From: Sedimentisphaerales bacterium
Lineage (GTDB): Bacteria; Planctomycetota; Phycisphaerae; Sedimentisphaerales; Anaerobacaceae
Assembly: GCA_050012695.1 (NCBI GenBank)
Contig: JBEKGR010000008.1
Span: 11,092-75,091, forward strand
Direction of reading: 5' to 3'
DNA: 64,000 nt
The position numbers and the translations under genes are program-made. This document shows, piece by piece, positions 35,618 through 46,493 of this stretch (positions are counted from its first letter, which is position 1; the number at the start of each line of letters is the position of its first letter). Below the pieces are notes generated by a model. That model saw only the letters and a program-made list of their open reading frames with translations, did no database searches and was not told the DNA's origin.

Positions 35618-36601
35618 TCAGCGGGTTTTGGATGATTGTTTATCGGCAGGAAGCATCTGGAAAATGAGCGTCAGGACAACGCCGAAGATGAGCATATAAA
35701 TGGAGAGATTCTGGGAGATAGTGCCGCCCTTGTAAATCATCCACCATGCGTATTCGAACGGGTTGTCGTCACGGAGAAACTCTTCAAAAAAGCGGACGCA
35801 GGAGTAAAGGATGAACATAAGGGCGAAGGTGCCGCCCGGTTTTGTGAGTGGTTTGAGGAAGTTTTTGGCTTTTTGGGCGTTTTGTGCCCTTCTCCAGAAC
35901 AGGTATAACAAGCCGGCGATGATAGCCGCGTCTGCGGAGGAATACAATTCCGTAGGGTGGACTGCCATGCAGCGGTAAGGGCCTGTTGTAACCATTTCTT
36001 TTTGCTGTGGGGTCAATTGGTCATAGGGTTTCAGTCCGCCGGAATTAAAAAAGTCGTCGGACAGCCGCATCTGGGGCAAGGTGCGATTTCGAGCGGGGTT
36101 TGGCTCGACCTGGCTTGTGTAGGCAAATGAACCGTAAGGGAATCTGACTGCCCAGGGTAAATCACATGGTTTGCCGAAACAGCAGCCGTTGAGGAAACAG
36201 CCGATTCTGCCAAAAGAGAGCGTAAACATAAGCCCGATTACGAGGATGTCGAGATATTGGCGTATGGGCAACTTGTGATATCTAAGGTAAAGGACAATTA
36301 TCCCAATAGTGCCAAGAACGCCGCCCAGAAGCTCAAGCCCCCCTTCCCAGATTGCAAAGACGCTCATCAAGTTGTATTTGAAATTGTCGAAGTGATGCAG
36401 AACGTAAAATATTCGAGCGCCGATTACGCCCGTTACAAGGGCGTACAGCGCGGCGTTGGTAATCATCTGCGGGTCGGGCGTGATGTTTCTGCTGAGGCGT
36501 CTGATGACATGCATGGCAAGCAGAAAACCAATGACAAGCATCAGGCCGTAGCCCTTAACCGTCAACGACGTAAAAGGTATTCTGAATAGTTCAGGATGCA
36601 T
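35618..36601 (-). CDS. lgt: Prolipoprotein diacylglyceryl transferase
   Basis: N-terminus MHPELFRIPF..LTVKGYGLMLVIGFLLA and a GRIGCFLNGCCFGKP signature region. Confidence 0.8.
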   Translation of the reverse strand: MHPELFRIPFTSLTVKGYGLMLVIGFLLAMHVIRRLSRNITPDPQMITNAALYALVTGVIGARIFYVLHHFDNFKYNLMSVFAIWEGGLELLGGVLGTIGIIVLYLRYHKLPIRQYLDILVIGLMFTLSFGRIGCFLNGCCFGKPCDLPWAVRFPYGSFAYTSQVEPNPARNRTLPQMRLSDDFFNSGGLKPYDQLTPQQKEMVTTGPYRCMAVHPTELYSSADAAIIAGLLYLFWRRAQNAQKAKNFLKPLTKPGGTFALMFILYSCVRFFEEFLRDDNPFEYAWWMIYKGGTISQNLSIYMLIFGVVLTLIFQMLPADKQSSKTR

Positions 36602-36623
36602 CTATAAACTTTTTACTGCCAAT

Positions 36624-36986
36624 TTATTGTTTAAGCGGTTTTCGGATTTTGTTGTGTTCGTCAAGGAGGATAACCTTTGGTTTAAGCTTTTTCGCCTCAG
36701 CCGGAGTGCAATAGGCGAAGCTGAAGATTATGACTATGTCCTTTTTATTCATCAATTGCGCCGCTGCGCCGAGGACTACTATCTGGCCCGAGTTTGCCGG
36801 CGCGGGCACGGCGTAGGTCTCGACTCTGCTGCCGTTAGTCAGGTCGGCTATTAGAACACCCTCATAAGGCAAAATGCCCGTCGCCTTCATCAGTGCCGAG
36901 TCGATTAGAATGCTGCCTGGATAGTGAAGCCGGGTCTCGGTTACGCGTGCCCGGTGCAGTTTCGATTTTAACATCTTTAGAAGCAT
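36624..36986 (-). CDS. panD: Aspartate 1-decarboxylase
   Basis: MLKSKLHRARVTETRLHYPGSILID carries the G24-S25 self-processing site, and GSRVETYAV follows. Confidence 0.9.
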   Translation of the reverse strand: MLLKMLKSKLHRARVTETRLHYPGSILIDSALMKATGILPYEGVLIADLTNGSRVETYAVPAPANSGQIVVLGAAAQLMNKKDIVIIFSFAYCTPAEAKKLKPKVILLDEHNKIRKPLKQ

Positions 36987-37032
36987 TGTTATTTGCCTGC
37001 CTTCTTATAAAATTAAAAACGCTTATTATACA

Positions 37033-37890
37033 TCATCTTGTCCGGCAGTCCACTGTCAGGTTGTCAATTAGCCGGGTCGAGCCGAATCTTGCCGCAATGG
37101 CAATCAGCACCTTGCCTGTAACTCGGCTGACATCCTGAAATGTCTCGGCGTCAACGATGCTTATGTAATCGATGCTGCTGAGCGATTTTGCGGCGGTAAT
37201 TATCTTACGAACCTTAGAGGCGATTGTTTTGGGATTTGTCTGCCCCACTTTAATCATTTCGTGGGCGGTTTTAAGCGAACGGTAAATGCAGGTCGTGTCT
37301 TTTCTCTGCTGGGGCGACAAATACCGGTTTCTGCTGCTAAGCGCAAGGCCGTCAGCTTCGCGCACGGTCGGGCAGCCCACGATTTTAAGCGGAAAATTGA
37401 GGTCGGCGACCATCCGCCTTATCACGGCAAGCTGCTGGGCGTCCTTTTGGCCAAAATACGCGATATCGGGCTGCACGATATTGAAAAGTTTCGCGCAAAC
37501 GGTAGCGACCCCACGAAAATGCCCCGGCCGAAAACGCCCGCACAGGGATTCCGAAATTTTATCCACATTGACCCAGGTCAGCTCTTCTTCCCGGTACATT
37601 TCCTCTGCGTCGGGGACAAATACCACATCAACGCCGTGGTCTTCGCAGATTCGCAAGTCCTCCCGCAGGGGCCTTGGGTATTTGGCAAGGTCCTCTTTGG
37701 GGCCGAACTGCGTCGGGTTGACAAAGATACTGACCACGACAAAATCACCGTGTTTCGATGAGCGTTCGATAAGTGATATGTGTCCCCGGTGCAGCGCGCC
37801 CATCGTCGGGACAAGACCGATTGTCCTGCCTGATTTACGGGCGGCTTTAATAGCTGCCCTGACCGATTTAATTGTCTTCGCGACCTTCAT
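37033..37890 (-). CDS. panC: Pantoate--beta-alanine ligase
   Basis: VPTMGALHRGHISLI together with FVNPTQFGP. Confidence 0.9.
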   Translation of the reverse strand: MKVAKTIKSVRAAIKAARKSGRTIGLVPTMGALHRGHISLIERSSKHGDFVVVSIFVNPTQFGPKEDLAKYPRPLREDLRICEDHGVDVVFVPDAEEMYREEELTWVNVDKISESLCGRFRPGHFRGVATVCAKLFNIVQPDIAYFGQKDAQQLAVIRRMVADLNFPLKIVGCPTVREADGLALSSRNRYLSPQQRKDTTCIYRSLKTAHEMIKVGQTNPKTIASKVRKIITAAKSLSSIDYISIVDAETFQDVSRVTGKVLIAIAARFGSTRLIDNLTVDCRTR

Positions 37891-37900
37891 TTCGTTTCTA

Positions 37901-38983
37901 TTATCCGCATGCGATATAATATTTCAACTGTCTGACGAGCAAATCGACCGAGTTTTTGTCAAAGCAGTCGAAATCGAGGAGCCGGATGACGGGGCAAATT
38001 TTCCAGTCGCGTAAACCCTGCTCGTAACCGGCGCCGACGGCCTCGAGAAAACTGTTTTCAATTCGCTGCTCATAGGGTCTGCTCCGTTTGTGAATCCGCT
38101 CGAGGCACTGCTTCGGCAGGTTTTGCAGATATATTACGACAACAGGATTGGTAATCGCGGGCGACACAATCGAATAAAATTTTTGATACAACGCCAATTG
38201 CTCAGTATTCAAAAGCAATTTCGCGTATATCTGCTCTTTTTGGAAGAGGTAATCGGTAACGACGGGCCTTCCTTTTTCGAGCGATGCCTGGTTCAACTGC
38301 TCCAGCCGCGTAAAAAGAAAATACAACTGACTATCGAGGGCAAGGTCATGATTGCCGGCATAAACTTTAGCCAAAAACGGATTGGTGTCGTATGCCTCGA
38401 AAATCGCTCTGCATTTAAATGCCTCGGCAAGTATTTTCGTAAGTGTCGTTTTTCCCGCGCCGATATTGCCCGCGATACTTATAAGCTGCGGCATATCGGG
38501 CCTGAGAGCAAAATCGCCACCGTTCAGCCAGCTTGCAAGCATATCAACTGTCTCATTGAGAACAGGATGCAACAACTTCGGATTCAACTGGCGCAGACCC
38601 GCCAGCACAAACGAACGCAGGTGCATTTGCGAATGAGGAACGGTAAGCGTATCGCTGTTTATCACCTCATTGCCGAACAGCAGCAGGTCAATATCAATGG
38701 TTCTCGACGCCCATTTTTCGCTTCTTTGCCTGCCGAGCGAGTTCTCGATTCGAATGAGATGCTGATGAAGTTTTGCGGCTGTAAGCGAAGTTCGTATTTC
38801 CGCGACGCAATTCAAATACTTCGGCTGTTCCGCGCCGCTCAAAGGTTTGGTTTCGACAACGGCTGAAACACGCTCGACCGAAACATCCGGCGTTTCACGC
38901 AGAGATTGAACGGCCTTATCGATATGGTTTTCCCGGTCGCCAAGATTACCGCCAAAACCAATGTATGCGATTATGTCGCTCAT
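37901..38983 (-). CDS. folK: Fusion protein: HPPK (FolK) N-terminal domain plus deoxynucleoside-kinase-family C-terminal domain
   Basis: The N-terminal part has [14 protein letters not shown]...[11 protein letters not shown]...[14 protein letters not shown] (HPPK). The C-terminal part has [14 protein letters not shown] (P-loop), [10 protein letters not shown] and VVIYLQ (dNK family). It is a single 360-codon ORF. Confidence 0.75.
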   Translation of the reverse strand: MSDIIAYIGFGGNLGDRENHIDKAVQSLRETPDVSVERVSAVVETKPLSGAEQPKYLNCVAEIRTSLTAAKLHQHLIRIENSLGRQRSEKWASRTIDIDLLLFGNEVINSDTLTVPHSQMHLRSFVLAGLRQLNPKLLHPVLNETVDMLASWLNGGDFALRPDMPQLISIAGNIGAGKTTLTKILAEAFKCRAIFEAYDTNPFLAKVYAGNHDLALDSQLYFLFTRLEQLNQASLEKGRPVVTDYLFQKEQIYAKLLLNTEQLALYQKFYSIVSPAITNPVVVIYLQNLPKQCLERIHKRSRPYEQRIENSFLEAVGAGYEQGLRDWKICPVIRLLDFDCFDKNSVDLLVRQLKYYIACG

Positions 38984-40215
38984 TTAGATATGGCCTTGAT
39001 TCGACCGAGCGCCTCGACAACATCAGGAGGATTGCCAAACGCCGTCAATCGCACATATCCCTCCCCTGCCGGACCGAACCCTGCGCCGGGGGTTGTTACG
39101 ACGTGTGCTTTATTGAGCAACAGGTCAAAGAATTGCCACGAGCCAACACCCTCAGGAGTTTTAACCCAGATATATGGTGCGTTAATGCCGCCATACACTT
39201 TATATCCCAAAGCGGTGAGCGATTCACGAATCACCTTTGCGTTGTTCATATAAATATCAATCGTTTTGCGAATCTGCTTTTTGCCCTCATCGGAATACAC
39301 CGCGGCAGCCGCTGACTGAGTAACATACGATACGCCGTTGAACTTGGTGCAGAGTCGCCTGTTCCAAAGCGGATTCAGGGCGACACTTTGCCCCGCCCTG
39401 GTAAACGCCCGAAGCTCTTTCGGCACAACGGTAAAAGCACAGCGAAGCCCCGTAAAACCGGCTGTCTTGGAAAAACTGCGAAACTCAATCGCAACTTCTT
39501 TTGCGCCTTCGATTTCATATATCGAGTGCGGTATCTGCGAATCGCTTATATACGCCTCGTATGCGGCGTCGAAAAGAATTATGGCCTTATTTTCCTTCGC
39601 ATAATCTACCCATTTTTTTAACTGTTCTTTGGTCGCAACCGCGCCGGTGGGGTTATTCGGAAAGCACAGGTAAATCATATCCGCCTTTTCCTTAGGCAGC
39701 TCAGGAACGAAATTATTATCTGCTGTCGCGGGCATATATACGATTTTCAAATACGTGCCCTGCCCCGCGACCGCACCCGTCCGCCCCGCCATAACGTTTG
39801 TATCGACGTAAACGGGATACACCGGGTCAGCCACCGCTATTATGTTATCGAGGCCGAACAGCTCCTGTATGTTGGCGGTATCGGATTTTGCGCCGTCGCT
39901 GACGAAAATCTCGTCGATATCGATACTGACGCCGCGTGACTTGAAATCGTTTTTGGCGATCGCCTCCCTGAGAAAAGCATAACCGATGCCGCCGTCGTCG
40001 TAGCCGCGAAACGTCTCTTTTTTGCCCATTTCATCGACGGCCTTGTGCATCGCCTCGATTACCGCCGGGGCAAGCGGCTGCGTAACATCGCCGATTCCCA
40101 TACTGATTATTTTCGCGTCCGGATGCGCCTGCTGAAAAGCCCGCCTGCGTTTGCCTATTTCGGGAAATAAATACCCCGCCTGCAATTTCAAAAAATTCTC
40201 GTTTACTGTTGCCAT
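38980..40215 (-). CDS. dapL: LL-diaminopimelate aminotransferase
   Basis: The N-terminus [24 protein letters not shown] is characteristic of DapL. The fold is that of a class I aminotransferase, with [12 protein letters not shown] carrying the PLP lysine. Confidence 0.8.
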   Translation of the reverse strand: MATVNENFLKLQAGYLFPEIGKRRRAFQQAHPDAKIISMGIGDVTQPLAPAVIEAMHKAVDEMGKKETFRGYDDGGIGYAFLREAIAKNDFKSRGVSIDIDEIFVSDGAKSDTANIQELFGLDNIIAVADPVYPVYVDTNVMAGRTGAVAGQGTYLKIVYMPATADNNFVPELPKEKADMIYLCFPNNPTGAVATKEQLKKWVDYAKENKAIILFDAAYEAYISDSQIPHSIYEIEGAKEVAIEFRSFSKTAGFTGLRCAFTVVPKELRAFTRAGQSVALNPLWNRRLCTKFNGVSYVTQSAAAAVYSDEGKKQIRKTIDIYMNNAKVIRESLTALGYKVYGGINAPYIWVKTPEGVGSWQFFDLLLNKAHVVTTPGAGFGPAGEGYVRLTAFGNPPDVVEALGRIKAISK

Positions 40216-40299
40216 AGCGTATTTCGTCCTGCAGAATTAAAAATAATACTTCCCGATTCTATTGATTACGTAATCGCACGTCAACTTTCAGGTTGAAGA

Positions 40300-40977
40300 T
40301 TACTTTTTTAAGATTAGACAATAGAGCAGTCCTACGAATCTGGTTTGGCCCTGCTTAAACAAAGTGGGTTGAGCAAGGGATGCGAAATTCCGGCGGTCGT
40401 AAAACGGCTCTTCGAAACCATGCAGCCAGAATAAAAACGTCCTTAACCTGCCTATTTCCCGGCTGAACTTTTCAAGTATCTCTTTGGGCATATTGCTCAC
40501 AATGTCGTATATAAGTGCGAAACTGTTATCTTTCAGGACGCGATAAATCTCATTGAGGCAGGCCTCGGGCTGCTTCCAATGGTGCATCGAGACGGTGCTG
40601 ACAACAATATCGAAGGACTGGTCAGGAAACGGGATGCGACTTGCGCTGCCCTCTTTTATCTCGATGAATTCCGACATGCCCGCCTGGGCGACGTTTTGTT
40701 TCGCCTGTGTTATCATTGCGGCTGACGAGTCAATCCCGACCAGACGCATCCCCGGCGATTGCTGATGCAGCTTTAACAAGAGGCGAGCGGGGCCTGTTCC
40801 GATATCGAGCAACGTCCCCTGCGAGCAATGGCTCAATATGTCTTCCGCCGCAAGCTCGTAGTGCTTCATAAATATCGTCGACGAACTAAGAGCGTTATAG
40901 AAAACCGAGCCGGGCCACGGTATCCCCTCCGGATGAATCAGCTTCATTAAACGTCGCATCGGTGAAAGTTTTGCCAT
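40300..40977 (-). CDS. Class I SAM-dependent methyltransferase
   Basis: Motif I LLDIGTGPARLL, then FDIVVSTVSMHHW. Confidence 0.7.
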   Translation of the reverse strand: MAKLSPMRRLMKLIHPEGIPWPGSVFYNALSSSTIFMKHYELAAEDILSHCSQGTLLDIGTGPARLLLKLHQQSPGMRLVGIDSSAAMITQAKQNVAQAGMSEFIEIKEGSASRIPFPDQSFDIVVSTVSMHHWKQPEACLNEIYRVLKDNSFALIYDIVSNMPKEILEKFSREIGRLRTFLFWLHGFEEPFYDRRNFASLAQPTLFKQGQTRFVGLLYCLILKK

Positions 40978-40979
40978 AT

Positions 40980-43715
40980 TTATTTCTCCGCGAGCCAGCT
41001 TGGGCCGAAAGTAACATCAACTTTTAGAGGAACGTCGAGTTTAATCGCACCGGTCATTTCCTCGGCAATCCACTTCGAGTGCCGCTCGGCCTCGGCGATA
41101 GGCAGCTCGAATACCAACTCATCGTGAACCTGCAAAATCATTTTAACGGGCAGATTTTCCGATTCAATTTTTCGCTGGATATTGACCATAGCGACCTTAA
41201 TCAAATCAGCCGCGGAACCCTGTATGACCGTATTTACGGCTAATCGCTTCGCCTGCGCCTTTTTGCCGGGGTTCGGGCTTTCCAGGTTAAGAATTTTTCG
41301 CCTACGGTGCAGAATCGTCTCGACGTAGCCGTTTCTCGTTGCCTGTTCGACTATGCTGTCCATAAACTGGCGAATAGAACTGTATCTGGCGAAATAATCT
41401 TCGATGAATTTTTTTGCCTCTGCCAGGGTCAGCCCTGTCCCGTGCGCCAAACCAAGAGCCCCCTGCCCGTAAATTATCCCGAAATTCACCGCCTTGCACC
41501 GCGAGCGCATCTCGGACGTAACTTTTTCAATAGGAACATTAAAAATCTGCGATGCGACAAAACGGTGAATATCCATATCCGCGGCAAATGCCTCACGCAG
41601 CGCCTTATCACCCGAAAATTGCGCCAGCAGGCGAAGCTCTATCTGCGAATAATCCGCGCTGAGGATGCAATCGGTTTTGTTTTTCGGAATAAATGCTGAG
41701 CGAATTTTAGCGCCCAAAGGCGTGCGAATCGGGATATTCTGCAAATTGGGATCGCTTGAGCTTAATCGGCCCGTCGCGGTTATCGTCTGGTTGAACGACG
41801 CGTGAACCCTGCCCGTGCGGCGATTCACAAGATAGCCCAGCTTGTCAACATAAGTGTTTTTCAGTTTGCTGAGCGTGCGGTATTCGAGAATAAGATTGAT
41901 AATCGGGTGCTCCTCGGCAAGCTCATCCAGAACGCCCGCGTCGGTACTTTGGCCTGTTTTGCCCGAGCGAACGGATTTTAATCCCAGCCGGCCAAAAAGT
42001 ACTTCGGCAAGCTGTTTTGGCGAATCGATATTAAACGGAGCGCCCGCCGTCTGATAGATCTCGTCAACCAGGCGGTTAATCGACGCTGTTATGTCCTCCG
42101 ACATATCCGAAAGAATCTCGGTATCCAGCGAAACGCCATTGTATTCTATCTCCGCGAGAACGGTTACCAAAGGCATCTCAACCTTGTAAAACAAGGGCTG
42201 TATCTGAGGTCTTTTTTCTAACTGCGCCGTGAAATACTGATACAGCCGCCACGTCAGGTCCGAATCCTCCGCGGAATACTCGCAGGCCGCAGCAGTATCG
42301 ACCATATCGAAAGTGAGTTGATTTTTCCCCTTGCCGATGAGTGCGGATATCGGAATGCTCGTATAACTGAGGAAATCCAGCGCCATATTATCAAGTGAAT
42401 GACTGTTTCGCAGCGGGTCCAGACAATACGACGCGACCATCGTATCGAAATACACACCCGCAAGAGGCAATCCCGCGTTGCGCAAGACCAGCATATCGTA
42501 TTTGATATTCTGTCCGATTTTTTTAATCGTCTTGTCGGCGAATATCGGGGCGAGTTTCTCCCGCACCATCGCTAAAGGCAGACGTTTTGCCCCCATCGGC
42601 GCACGCACCGGAATATAAAACCCTGTCTTCGCCTGCCAGGAAAAACTTATCCCCACCAAATCCGCTCTCATTGGCACAATAGAGGTTGTCTCTGTATCAA
42701 CGGCAAACGATTTCTGCTTTTTCAACTCCTCGAAAAACTCCTCGAATTTTTTGGGCGTATCGATAAGTTGATAGTTATGTTCCGCTGTCGCCGCCGAAAC
42801 AGGCCCCTCGCCAGCCGTTACGCCCTGCTGTTGCTGTGTTTGAACTTGCTGTTCAGTCGGCAAAAGCCCCATTTGCCCAAGCAGCCGGGCAAAACCAAGC
42901 TCGTTGAATATCTGTGTCAGCCGTGCTTCATCAATCGGCTTTACTGCAAACGCCTCGTAATCAATCTTCACAGGAACATCACAGTCAATCGTTACCAGGC
43001 GTTTGCTGAGATTAATAATCTCTTTCGATTTGCGAAGGTTATCGCCGCGTTTGCCCGTGATTTCGTCGGCGTGTGCCAGGAGGTTATCAACCGAGCCATA
43101 TTTTTGTATCCACTCAATCGCCGTCTTGGGGCCGACGTCCGCAACGCCGGGGACATTATCAGCGGTATCCCCCTGAAGCGCCAGAACGTCGATAAACTGG
43201 GCTGGAGAAATTTTCATCTCCGCCTTAACCGATGCTTCATCAGTTACCTCGCCCGTCTTGATATCATATCCAAAGACATGCTCATCAATAAGCTGGAGAA
43301 TATCCTTGTCCTTTGTGCATATATAAACGTCAATACCCTCTTTCGAGACCTTTTTGGCAAGCGTTCCGATTATATCATCCGCCTCGAATCCGTTGATTCG
43401 CAGCATAGGTATATTCATCGCCGAAAGAATCTGCTCGATACGATTTATCTGCACGGGCATATCGTCGGGCATAGGAGGCCGATGCGCCTTGTAATCGGAA
43501 TACATCTCATTCCTGAACGTCGGTCCCTTGCTGTCCATCGCCACGACGAGCATATCGGGTTTGCAGTTTTTTATCAGCCCAAGAATCGCGGTAGTAAATA
43601 TGTATGTGGCCTTAGTGGGTTCGCCCGATGGGCTGGTCAGCCGCTGCCGCATAGGCGCAAAATACGCGGCGTAGATATGCGCATGGCCATCAATTATGTA
43701 AAGGGTTCTGGACAT
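40980..43715 (-). CDS. polA: DNA polymerase I
   Basis: 911 aa with a 5'-3' exonuclease N-terminus (LYIIDGHAHIYAAYFA), a 3'-5' exonuclease domain and polymerase motifs (DYSQIELRLLA, QVHDELVFE). Confidence 0.95.
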   Translation of the reverse strand: MSRTLYIIDGHAHIYAAYFAPMRQRLTSPSGEPTKATYIFTTAILGLIKNCKPDMLVVAMDSKGPTFRNEMYSDYKAHRPPMPDDMPVQINRIEQILSAMNIPMLRINGFEADDIIGTLAKKVSKEGIDVYICTKDKDILQLIDEHVFGYDIKTGEVTDEASVKAEMKISPAQFIDVLALQGDTADNVPGVADVGPKTAIEWIQKYGSVDNLLAHADEITGKRGDNLRKSKEIINLSKRLVTIDCDVPVKIDYEAFAVKPIDEARLTQIFNELGFARLLGQMGLLPTEQQVQTQQQQGVTAGEGPVSAATAEHNYQLIDTPKKFEEFFEELKKQKSFAVDTETTSIVPMRADLVGISFSWQAKTGFYIPVRAPMGAKRLPLAMVREKLAPIFADKTIKKIGQNIKYDMLVLRNAGLPLAGVYFDTMVASYCLDPLRNSHSLDNMALDFLSYTSIPISALIGKGKNQLTFDMVDTAAACEYSAEDSDLTWRLYQYFTAQLEKRPQIQPLFYKVEMPLVTVLAEIEYNGVSLDTEILSDMSEDITASINRLVDEIYQTAGAPFNIDSPKQLAEVLFGRLGLKSVRSGKTGQSTDAGVLDELAEEHPIINLILEYRTLSKLKNTYVDKLGYLVNRRTGRVHASFNQTITATGRLSSSDPNLQNIPIRTPLGAKIRSAFIPKNKTDCILSADYSQIELRLLAQFSGDKALREAFAADMDIHRFVASQIFNVPIEKVTSEMRSRCKAVNFGIIYGQGALGLAHGTGLTLAEAKKFIEDYFARYSSIRQFMDSIVEQATRNGYVETILHRRRKILNLESPNPGKKAQAKRLAVNTVIQGSAADLIKVAMVNIQRKIESENLPVKMILQVHDELVFELPIAEAERHSKWIAEEMTGAIKLDVPLKVDVTFGPSWLAEK

Positions 43716-43849
43716 CAGAAGAAACTCTATTTGCAGACGGGGTAACTGTCAAGCAGGATTGTTTTTATCATTGGCGTTGTCGCTGCCTGATAAGCTGCTG
43801 TCTTAACTCAATCGCCTCGCTTCACCCAGGCGCTATTCGAATAATCTCA

Positions 43850-44635
43850 TCACATTGCTTTTCGGTTATTTGGAAACAGTGATGATTTTATGAGGTTCAT
43901 TTTCGCCAGGCGAAACTTTAATCCCGTCCACAAACAGCCGAAACCGTATTTGGTGCTGCGACAGAAGTTAATTGATGACGCCTCAGGAAAGTATTTCGTC
44001 GGGCAGCTTACCTCGGCTATCGTGTACCCAAACCACAGTATCTGGGCGAGCATCTGGTTGTCAAAAATAAAATCGTCGGAATTGCCGTCCAGAGGCAGAC
44101 GCTCCAGCAACTGCCTGGAAAAAGCGCGGTAGCCCGTATGATACTCGGACAGCTTCGCACCCGTAAGAATGTTTTCTGCAAGCGTGAGAAACCGGTTTGA
44201 CACATATTTGTAAACCGGCATATTGCCCGCCAGCGCATGACCGCCGAGGATTCGCGAACCCAGCACACAATGGTAAAGCCCGTTTGCAATCATAGACGCC
44301 ATCGCCGGTATCAGCAAAGGCGTGTACTGGTAATCGGGATGCACCATTATTACGATGTCGGCCCCGTTTTCGAGGGCAAGTTTATAGCAGGTCTTCTGGT
44401 TGGCGCCATACCCGCGGTTTTGCGGATGCGTATTGACAACGGCATGAGGCAGTTTTGACGCCACATCGACCGTCCCGTCTTTGCTTGCGTCATCAACGAT
44501 AACAACAAGGTCAACGATTCCCTGCGCCATCACCTCCTCATAGGTCTTGCGAAGGGTCTTCTCAGCGTTATAAGCCGGCATCACAACAACTACTTTTTTA
44601 TTCGCTAACATAAGGACATTATAGCGGTTCTTCAT
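43850..44635 (-). CDS. Family 2 glycosyltransferase (polyprenol-phosphate sugar synthase-like)
   Basis: VVVVMPAYNAEKTL...VVIVDDASKDGT. Confidence 0.75.
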   Translation of the reverse strand: MKNRYNVLMLANKKVVVVMPAYNAEKTLRKTYEEVMAQGIVDLVVIVDDASKDGTVDVASKLPHAVVNTHPQNRGYGANQKTCYKLALENGADIVIMVHPDYQYTPLLIPAMASMIANGLYHCVLGSRILGGHALAGNMPVYKYVSNRFLTLAENILTGAKLSEYHTGYRAFSRQLLERLPLDGNSDDFIFDNQMLAQILWFGYTIAEVSCPTKYFPEASSINFCRSTKYGFGCLWTGLKFRLAKMNLIKSSLFPNNRKAM

Positions 44636-44666
44636 TATCCTCGGTAGCGCAAAACCGCTTCCGGTA

Positions 44667-46313
44667 TCATTGTTTCCTCTTTAAAACAACAACCGATGTT
44701 ATCGATACTGGTGTATAATAGGTTGCCTGACTGTTCCACCGCCAGATAGTCGGCTCATCACCAAAAATGTCGGCGATACCGACCTTCTTGTAATGTGTGA
44801 ACAAATATGAGTGAAACCACCCGAATATCCTTTTAGCGGAATTTGGTTTTGCCATCCATGACATGGGAACATTTACAAAAACCACAAATTCAGGGTTGGC
44901 GGTCTCAATTTGAGCAATCATTTCTTCCTGCATCTGCATGGCGTACGGCTGTGACTCCATAAGCGGATAAGTATAAATATATTTGGTAGCCGAACATCTG
45001 TCGGAATAGAAGTAGATTTGCGGTTCGGAGCCGATAACAGCTATTGGGGCATCGGGACGCGTATTACCCCGGATAAATTCCGCTATCTGCAGCGACTCCG
45101 GGAACGGGTTGCCGGTATAAATCTTCCGGCAAACATCTTCCGGTGAAAGCTCAAATAAACACTCCCGCTGGTTATACAACGTATAGCCGATGACAACCAA
45201 AACAAGCGAGCCGGTTATAATAACTCGCAATATAACAGGAATTACCCTTTGAAATAAAACATCGATGGCTGCAAGTCCCGCTCCGGCTAAAACAGCAAGC
45301 GATGGCAAAAGAAAAATGAAATAATGTCCCCGGAAATAAAAACCGGGGCAAACGGCCAAAAATGAAAAAATAAAAAATCCCACGACTAATGCCGTTAATT
45401 GACGATATCTCTTCATAACAACAACTGCTAAAAAACCAAAAACAGAAAGAAACCATATTGGAAAACCTTCATAGAACACCGTCCCTGCCTGATCTACGAA
45501 AATCTTCCAGGCGGCTTCCAGAGGAACGACCGCCGCATACTCGCGGGAGTATGTGAACGTCCAGAACCAGAACTTATCAAAGGTGCCGTAAAACCAGTAA
45601 AAAAGACATACTATAAGAAACGGCAGAAAAACCATAGCGTTAAAACCAATCTGAGAGATAATGACTTTTAGCCATTGAATCGGCTTTTGTCGCAAACCGG
45701 AATAAAGCAAATACAACGCGCCAAAAATGGCAAACATAATGCCGTGCTGCTTGATAATAAACGCAAGACCGAAAAGCAGTCCTGCAATCAGCAATCGAAC
45801 ATACCCTGTTTTGCCGTTGCTGTTACAAATGAGTAACAGGCCCACAAGCGCCGGCAGAACAACAAAATGCTCCGCGTTCGCCCAAAGTCCCGTTACTCCC
45901 GAAGTCATGGATAACACAGCATAGACACCGCCGGCGGCAACCGCGGCAATCGACCCAAATAATTTTTTGGCAAGCAAAAATACCACAAATATCGTCGCGG
46001 CGTTAAAGATTAGAAGACCGAGGTGAATACCCGTATGCGTCTGTCCAAACAAGGTCATTATCAGGGCATACACAACATAGATTCCCGGCAGCTTCATACT
46101 GTACGCCGAGATGTAAGGAGGAACACCCTTTAACATTTGCTGCGCTATATAAGCATATTCGCCTTCGTCACGCTCTAATGGCACAGAGAGCAGCCGACCT
46201 CGAATAACTGCCGCTGCGATTATCACCCCGATAATCGCCACCCAGGGCCAAATCCGGGATAAACATACTGTTACCTGTTTTCCTTCATTATCCCTGCTCT
46301 TTGTCTGCCCCAT
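44667..46313 (-). CDS. GT-C fold membrane glycosyltransferase (ArnT/PMT, GT39/83-like)
   Basis: 548 aa and polytopic, with an N-terminal ERDEGEYAYIAQQM loop followed by multiple TM segments. It pairs with the downstream GT2 gene. Confidence 0.6.
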   Translation of the reverse strand: MGQTKSRDNEGKQVTVCLSRIWPWVAIIGVIIAAAVIRGRLLSVPLERDEGEYAYIAQQMLKGVPPYISAYSMKLPGIYVVYALIMTLFGQTHTGIHLGLLIFNAATIFVVFLLAKKLFGSIAAVAAGGVYAVLSMTSGVTGLWANAEHFVVLPALVGLLLICNSNGKTGYVRLLIAGLLFGLAFIIKQHGIMFAIFGALYLLYSGLRQKPIQWLKVIISQIGFNAMVFLPFLIVCLFYWFYGTFDKFWFWTFTYSREYAAVVPLEAAWKIFVDQAGTVFYEGFPIWFLSVFGFLAVVVMKRYRQLTALVVGFFIFSFLAVCPGFYFRGHYFIFLLPSLAVLAGAGLAAIDVLFQRVIPVILRVIITGSLVLVVIGYTLYNQRECLFELSPEDVCRKIYTGNPFPESLQIAEFIRGNTRPDAPIAVIGSEPQIYFYSDRCSATKYIYTYPLMESQPYAMQMQEEMIAQIETANPEFVVFVNVPMSWMAKPNSAKRIFGWFHSYLFTHYKKVGIADIFGDEPTIWRWNSQATYYTPVSITSVVVLKRKQ

Positions 46314-46493
46314 CAGTTCATCCTCTCGTAAATAACGACGTTACGCTCGTCTGTATCGGTTCGGAACAACCGTTCGTCCGGACTTTCCCTGTTCTCAAAT
46401 TTATCGTTATCCCGCCACTTGTCAACAGCGAAAAATCGGTTATAGTAATGTGTCCCTGACGGTTACGAGATTCAGGGGACCAGGAAGCCGAAT

